Assembly: GCA_965220965.1 (NCBI GenBank)
Contig: CBDCRI010000001.1
Location: forward strand, 128,001 to 192,000
Source: Candidatus Marinacidobacterium sp.
GTDB lineage: Bacteria > Acidobacteriota > Vicinamibacteria > Marinacidobacterales > Marinacidobacteraceae
Direction of reading: 5' to 3'
Length of the DNA: 64,000 nt
Shown here: positions 59,598 through 64,000 of the stretch, piece after piece
Layout: the number at the start of each line of letters is the position of its first letter
Numbering within the stretch: position 1 is the first letter of the stretch
Position numbers and translations under genes: made by a program
The notes under the pieces: model-generated
Database searches by the model: none
Told to the model about the DNA's origin: nothing
Seen by the model: the letters and a program-made list of their open reading frames with translations, nothing else

Positions 59598-60494
59598 CTA
59601 GGGATGCAGGCCGCGTTCCCTCACGGCTTGCCGGACTCTTGCGTAACGCGCCTCCTCCGTCTGCCGGGACCGCCTCGGAAAGGATGTCCGGATTTGATCG
59701 AAAGTCGCCTGTGGATCGGGGTCATTCAGCAAGCCCTGCTTGAGTCGGCAGCGAACGTGGTGCATCTCCGCACTTTCCAAGGCCGCCAACAGGTTATCCA
59801 TCTGAGCAAGGTCATCGCCCTGGTTCTCTTCCCGCAGGGCGCAGGCGGCTGCCCAGTGATAGCTCGGGTTCAGCCTTCGCTTGGCGTCCATGCGCCTCTC
59901 AATGTCGATCAGGGCGTCCCGCCTCACCATGACCAGTTGCTCATGCTCGGTGAATCCGTTGTCCATGAGCCAGACGTTCAGCGGCCCCTGAGCAATGGTG
60001 TCCGAGTCCTCGCTGATCAGGAGGCGTTTGCCGAGCAGGCAGCACTCAATGACCATTTGCCTGTCGCCCTCAGCGTTGTCCGGGTTCTTCGACGGAAAGA
60101 ACCGAGCTGGCAACGCATCGACCAGGGCGGCCGCCCGTTGCCGGTCCCCCTCTGGCATTTCGATGGGCTTGAGCATGCTGTTCGGATCCTGAAGGCAGGA
60201 TTCCAGCCAGGCCGACGCCTCATTCATGGCCACGTTGACCAGCGAAACATAGCGAGCCTCGCCCATTCCCCATCCGGCTTTTCGAGCGACGCTCCCCCAC
60301 CGTCTCCTTTCCGATCCGCGGACGGCTCGCCTCATTGCCGCGCAAACCGAAGGAAGGACTTCGACTCGACGGAGCCCATCGTCCATCATTGACATAATGA
60401 ACCGGCGCCGGATCGGGTCCGACAGATCGATGGCGTCGTGAACCACGCCGTCCAGAGTCGGATGCCCACAGAAAAAGGAGAGCGGATCCTGCAT
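59598..60494 (-). CDS. PIN-like domain protein (pair 3)
   Basis: GDRQMVIEC...LLISEDSDTI; same layout as pairs 1 and 2; lower GC. Confidence 0.6.
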   Translation of the reverse strand: MQDPLSFFCGHPTLDGVVHDAIDLSDPIRRRFIMSMMDDGLRRVEVLPSVCAAMRRAVRGSERRRWGSVARKAGWGMGEARYVSLVNVAMNEASAWLESCLQDPNSMLKPIEMPEGDRQRAAALVDALPARFFPSKNPDNAEGDRQMVIECCLLGKRLLISEDSDTIAQGPLNVWLMDNGFTEHEQLVMVRRDALIDIERRMDAKRRLNPSYHWAAACALREENQGDDLAQMDNLLAALESAEMHHVRCRLKQGLLNDPDPQATFDQIRTSFPRRSRQTEEARYARVRQAVRERGLHP

Positions 60495-60499
60495 TCAGG

Positions 60500-60733
60500 C
60501 TACGCCTCGCCCCAGCCAATGTCGTCATCCCGAGGCAGGTTCATGGCCTTCTGCCGACGCATTTCCTCCTCCCATGGCCACATCGGGAAGGAGGGAACGT
60601 CCTTCTCCCGTTCGTACAGCGCCATGAAACGCTCCACCTCGTCCGCAGGCATGCCCTTGGCCAGAAACGCGGCCCGGTAGCGCGCTGCCAAGGCGTCCTC
60701 AGTGGCCGTTGCCCTTCTGTTCAGTCCTGCCAT
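60500..60733 (-). CDS. Small partner of PIN-like gene (pair 3)
   Basis: 77 aa after GAGGAG; ends 5 bp before the PIN-like start. Confidence 0.6.
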   Translation of the reverse strand: MAGLNRRATATEDALAARYRAAFLAKGMPADEVERFMALYEREKDVPSFPMWPWEEEMRRQKAMNLPRDDDIGWGEA

Positions 60734-61144
60734 CGCCGTTTTCTCCTCGGGAAGCTTGCTTTCGCCGCCCAATTGTACCCCTGAGCCGGATGTGCCCGAA
60801 CACCAACGTTTATGCGCTGAACCTTGGGGCGGACGTCCCTGTGCGGGAACGGCCCGACCCCTCCGCCCGGTTAGCCCCGCTTCGAAACCGCATTCGGCCG
60901 GGCGGCCGCCCCGATCCCGAAGGCGCCCAACAGCGCCGCCGTTCGCTGACGGAACACTGACATGGGGCGCTTCGTCCTGTCTGGCAAGTCAATCGCCTAA
61001 CTCATTGTTTTTGCTGATTCCCGAACGCGGAGTCGAGCCGCGGGCCTACTGATTGGCGGCGATCAGTGGTAAAATGGCCTCGACATGCGGCGGCCCCGCC
61101 TTCAGCGGGGCCAAAGCGACGTTGCGACCCAACCGGAGGCGGCC

Positions 61145-61834
61145 ATGAGCAGCGACGAAAAGGTGGTGGTGGAGATTCGGGCCGCCGAGGGCGGCGCCGA
61201 CAGCCTGCTCTTCGCGGAGGAGCTGGCGCTGGCCTACGAGCGGCTCGCGGCGAGGAAGCGCTGAAAGGCGCGCCGGGCGCCCTCGGGCGGCAGGGGGCTG
61301 GCCTTGGCGGTCGAGGGGCCCGGGGCCGGCGGCCTGCGCCGGGAGGCGGGCGGGCACCGCGTCCAGCGGGTGCCCGCCAACGAGCGGCGCGGGCGCGTGC
61401 ACACCAGCACGGTCACCGTCGCGGTGCTTTCCGAGGGCGGCCCGGACGCGAACCTTCCCGACATCCCCAAGCGCGACCTGCGCATCGACTGGTTCTCCGG
61501 CCAGGGCAAGGGCGGGCAGCACCGCAACCGCAAGCGGAACTGCTGCCGCGTCACGCACCTGCCGTCCGGCATGCGGGAGGTCCGCCAGGGCCGCGAGCGC
61601 GAGCGCAACCTCGCGCAGGCGGTCGAGGCGCTGCGGCGGCGGCTCGCAACGGGCCGCAGGGACGCGGCGCTCGGGCGGCAGGCGGCGAGCCGCCGCGGGC
61701 AGGTCGGCAGCGGCATGCGCGGCGACAAGGCGTTCACGGTGCGCTTCCAGGACAACGTCGCGGTGCGCCACGCCACCGGCGCCAGGATGCGCGCCGACCT
61801 GTACATGGCCGGCCACATGGACCGGCTGTGGTGA
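61145..61834 (+). CDS. Peptide chain release factor homolog with in-frame TGA at 61262-61264
   Basis: EIRAAEGGADS, EAGGHRVQRVP, GRVHTSTVTVAV, GKGGQHRN; GGAGG RBS; both halves in one frame. Confidence 0.85.
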
Positions 61835-62191
61835 CGGCCGGCGGCGGCTTCGCGGGCCGCGGGCGCCCGGTGCCGCCGCCCGCGCTTCGCAAGGCCGCCG
61901 GAATGCCCGCAAAACGCCCCGGATACGCACATCATGCACGACAACTGCAATTGTCGCGCATCATTAAGAGGGCGGAAACCGACCCGTCCCGCCGCCGAGG
62001 AACGTCGCCGAAAAGCGGCTTCCGGGGCCTTCGCCCAAGTGCCGAACGCGGCCTTCGAACGTGCGGCATGCCGTTCAGTCCAAATGTCGGAAACGGCCGC
62101 AACTGCCTGGAAAGGCAAGGATTCGAGCCGCCATCCGGCGCCGGTCCTGCCGGGACCGGCTCGCAGGGGCGGCTCCTTGGCAAAGCTGGCC

Positions 62192-62623
62192 ATGGCCATT
62201 GAGTCCACGCTGCAGGGCGGGCTGCTGCTGGCCGCGGGCGCGCTGTTCGGCGATTGCCCCGACAGTCCCTTCGCGGTCGTTGTCTCGCAGGGCGCGGGCG
62301 AGCCGGCCAGCGTCGGCAGCTATGCCGTTCGGCTGTACGACGCCCGGGATCCGGAGTGGCCGCTCGATGCGTTCCTCGGCGGCTTGGTGCGCCCCCGCGA
62401 CGGCGCGGTCGAGTCGCTGGAGTTCGGCGACGTGGACGACGACGGAGAAGCCGAGGCGGTGGTGGCCGTGCGCTCCATGGGTTCAGGGAGGCATCTAGAC
62501 GCGGAGGCCTTCAAGGCCTGCCGCGGATCGCTCAGGCACGTCAGGTCCACCAGCGGGCTCCCGCCCGGTGCGGACCCCGTCAAGGCCCTCAAATCCTCCC
62601 CAGCTGGCATGGCGCGCCCATGA
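62192..62623 (+). CDS. PliI-like i-type lysozyme inhibitor
   Basis: EPASVGSYAVRLY, RPRDG, RSMGSG motifs; hydrophobic N-terminus. Confidence 0.75.
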   Translation: MAIESTLQGGLLLAAGALFGDCPDSPFAVVVSQGAGEPASVGSYAVRLYDARDPEWPLDAFLGGLVRPRDGAVESLEFGDVDDDGEAEAVVAVRSMGSGRHLDAEAFKACRGSLRHVRSTSGLPPGADPVKALKSSPAGMARP

Positions 62624-62664
62624 AGGCATGGGGTGGCGCGTGGAACGCGCCCTGGCAGGGGTTG

Positions 62665-62768
62665 TTGTAAACTGCTTGCACCGCGCCGCCCGCGCGTCCT
62701 TGCCAAGAGGTTGAATAGACACGAAAGAAACGACAAATCGCCGCTGTTTCATTGGCTTAAGGCTTAGG
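62665..62768 (+). promoter_or_regulatory. CRISPR leader C
   Basis: AT-rich; TGTAAACT about 100 bp before repeat 1; ends AAGGCTTAG like leader B. Confidence 0.6.
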
Positions 62769-63590
62769 GGCGGCCCCGCTTGCGCGGGGATGAACCCTTA
62801 TACTCAGGCAACTTTGATTAGTGCGTGATGGCGGCCCCGCTTGCGCGGGGATGAACCCGATGAATATGCGCCGATTACGCCGAACAGGGCGGCTGCCCCG
62901 CCAGCGCGGGGATGGACCTTCGCATTGACAATCGGGATGCGTATCCGGTAGGACTGCCCCGCCTGAGCGGGGATGGCCCCCCGTAAAGCAGAGCTTACGG
63001 ACACCATGCCATGACTGCCCCGCCAGCGCGGGGATGGGCCCAGGCAGCTACTATAGTGCGGCAGCATGAACAGGGCGGCCCCGCCTGCGCGGGGATGGAC
63101 CCATTGTCGCATTGATCGAAGGGAGTCGTGCGGCGACGGCCCCGCCAGCGCGGGGATGGACCCTCCATGCCTAGTCTCCTTGCGATGCATCAAAGGGCGG
63201 CTCCGCCAGCGCGGGGATTGACCCACATGGTTTGAGCTGCTCGAGTGGCGCGAGCCGGCGGCCCCGCCTGCGCGGGGATGGACCCTTTTTAGTGTGGTCG
63301 TGTGCAACCGATTCTGAGGCTGCCCCGCCTGCGCGGGGATGGCCCCCCGAAAATCAGGGCTTGCGGAAACCATGCCATGACTGCCCCGCCTGAGCGGGGA
63401 TGGACCCGTTTTGGAAGCACCCACGGGACATCTGAGCATGGCGGCCCCGCCGGCGCGGGGATGCACCCTTGATGGCGGCGTCATCGAGCTCCGAGGCAAT
63501 AACCGCCCCGCCAGCGCGGGGATGGAGCGACTGACGCTTAGTTGGGCTCAATTGCCTTTGCGGCTGCCCCGCCACTGCGGGGACGGGCCC
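62769..63590 (+). CRISPR. Type I-E array C (14 repeats, 13 spacers of 32 bp)
   Basis: 29-bp repeat approx. GGCGGCCCCGCCTGCGCGGGGATGGACCC, 61-bp period. Confidence 0.97.
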
Positions 63591-63999
63591 TCCGAAGCCG
63601 GCGGGGCGCTGCCGGTGACCTGATTGGCCCGTCGGTTCCGCGGCCCGTTGGCCCGCCCTGCCGCTCCGACAACGCCCTCGCTGCAGCCGTCTGGGCGCCC
63701 GGGGACGGCGAGTCCCGCTTAGGCGCCGCCATCGGCCCTTCGTCGGCGGCAAGCCCCTCGGGGTCCACCGCGGCGACGAACTCGCTGAGGCGGTCCGGCA
63801 ATTCGGCCATGACGACGCACGCCGACTCGATCGCCGGCCGGGCCAAACCCGCGCGGAACGGAACGTCGAGGCCGCGCACGGCCCAATCGCGCAGGGACAG
63901 GCATCGGCGGGCGTGGGCGGCCAGATCGGGCGGCAGGATCGCCGGGCGGCCCCGGCTGGCCTCGGCCGCCCGGTCAATGAGCGGCGCGCCCCTCGCCTC
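63538..63999 (-). CDS. Partial ORF, possibly HepT/HEPN-like C-terminus
   Basis: Frame open from the window end: LIDRAA...RPAILP.DL......LRDW. Confidence 0.35.
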   Translation of the reverse strand, partial: EARGAPLIDRAAEASRGRPAILPPDLAAHARRCLSLRDWAVRGLDVPFRAGLARPAIESACVVMAELPDRLSEFVAAVDPEGLAADEGPMAAPKRDSPSPGAQTAAARALSERQGGPTGRGTDGPIRSPAAPRRLRRARPRSGGAAAKAIEPN

Positions 64000-64000
64000 C

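Noticed and set aside
61262-61264. Genome-wide UGA=Trp recoding
   Set aside because: Many genes here end at TGA, including ATGA/GTGA couplings, and Trp is otherwise TGG
62110-62135. GGCTCGAATCC T-loop-like motif on the minus strand
   Set aside because: No T-stem or cloverleaf could be built, so not a tRNA
62804-63499. ORFs with repeated VHPRAGG peptides
   Set aside because: Translation of CRISPR repeats

Overview
Very GC-rich accessory DNA with no rRNA, tRNA or core housekeeping operons. It looks like part of a large conjugative plasmid or ICE-like element (inference). Contents: (i) DNA-metabolism genes (ssb, reduced topoisomerase IA, RecG-, RecD2- and UvrD-like helicases, a Cre-like tyrosine recombinase, a degenerate type I HsdM-like gene, two orphan C5 methyltransferases); (ii) pilus/secretion pieces (DsbA-like, prepilin peptidase, GspC/PDZ-like, possible TraW/TraL-like, a Cys-rich thrombospondin-repeat-like secreted protein); (iii) RNA-repair/translation genes (RtcB and an ATP-dependent RNA ligase sharing an identical 18-bp promoter, and a GGQ release-factor homolog interrupted by an in-frame TGA at a normally Trp position); (iv) many toxin-antitoxin-type genes (three related PIN-like pairs, AbiEii-like, Fic, HipA, HEPN, BrnA fragment); (v) a self-contained type I-E Cascade operon (cas8e-cas11-cas7-cas5-cas6e) with no cas3/cas1/cas2 in the window, plus three dispersed arrays (4, 9 and 14 repeats) with related leaders, loop-variable repeats and duplicated-then-diverged spacers; (vi) eight paralogs of a mostly double-domain DUF6878-like gene, several with a copied promoter cassette. 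Family names come from motif recognition by eye, not database searches. Starts were chosen from RBS and gene overlaps.
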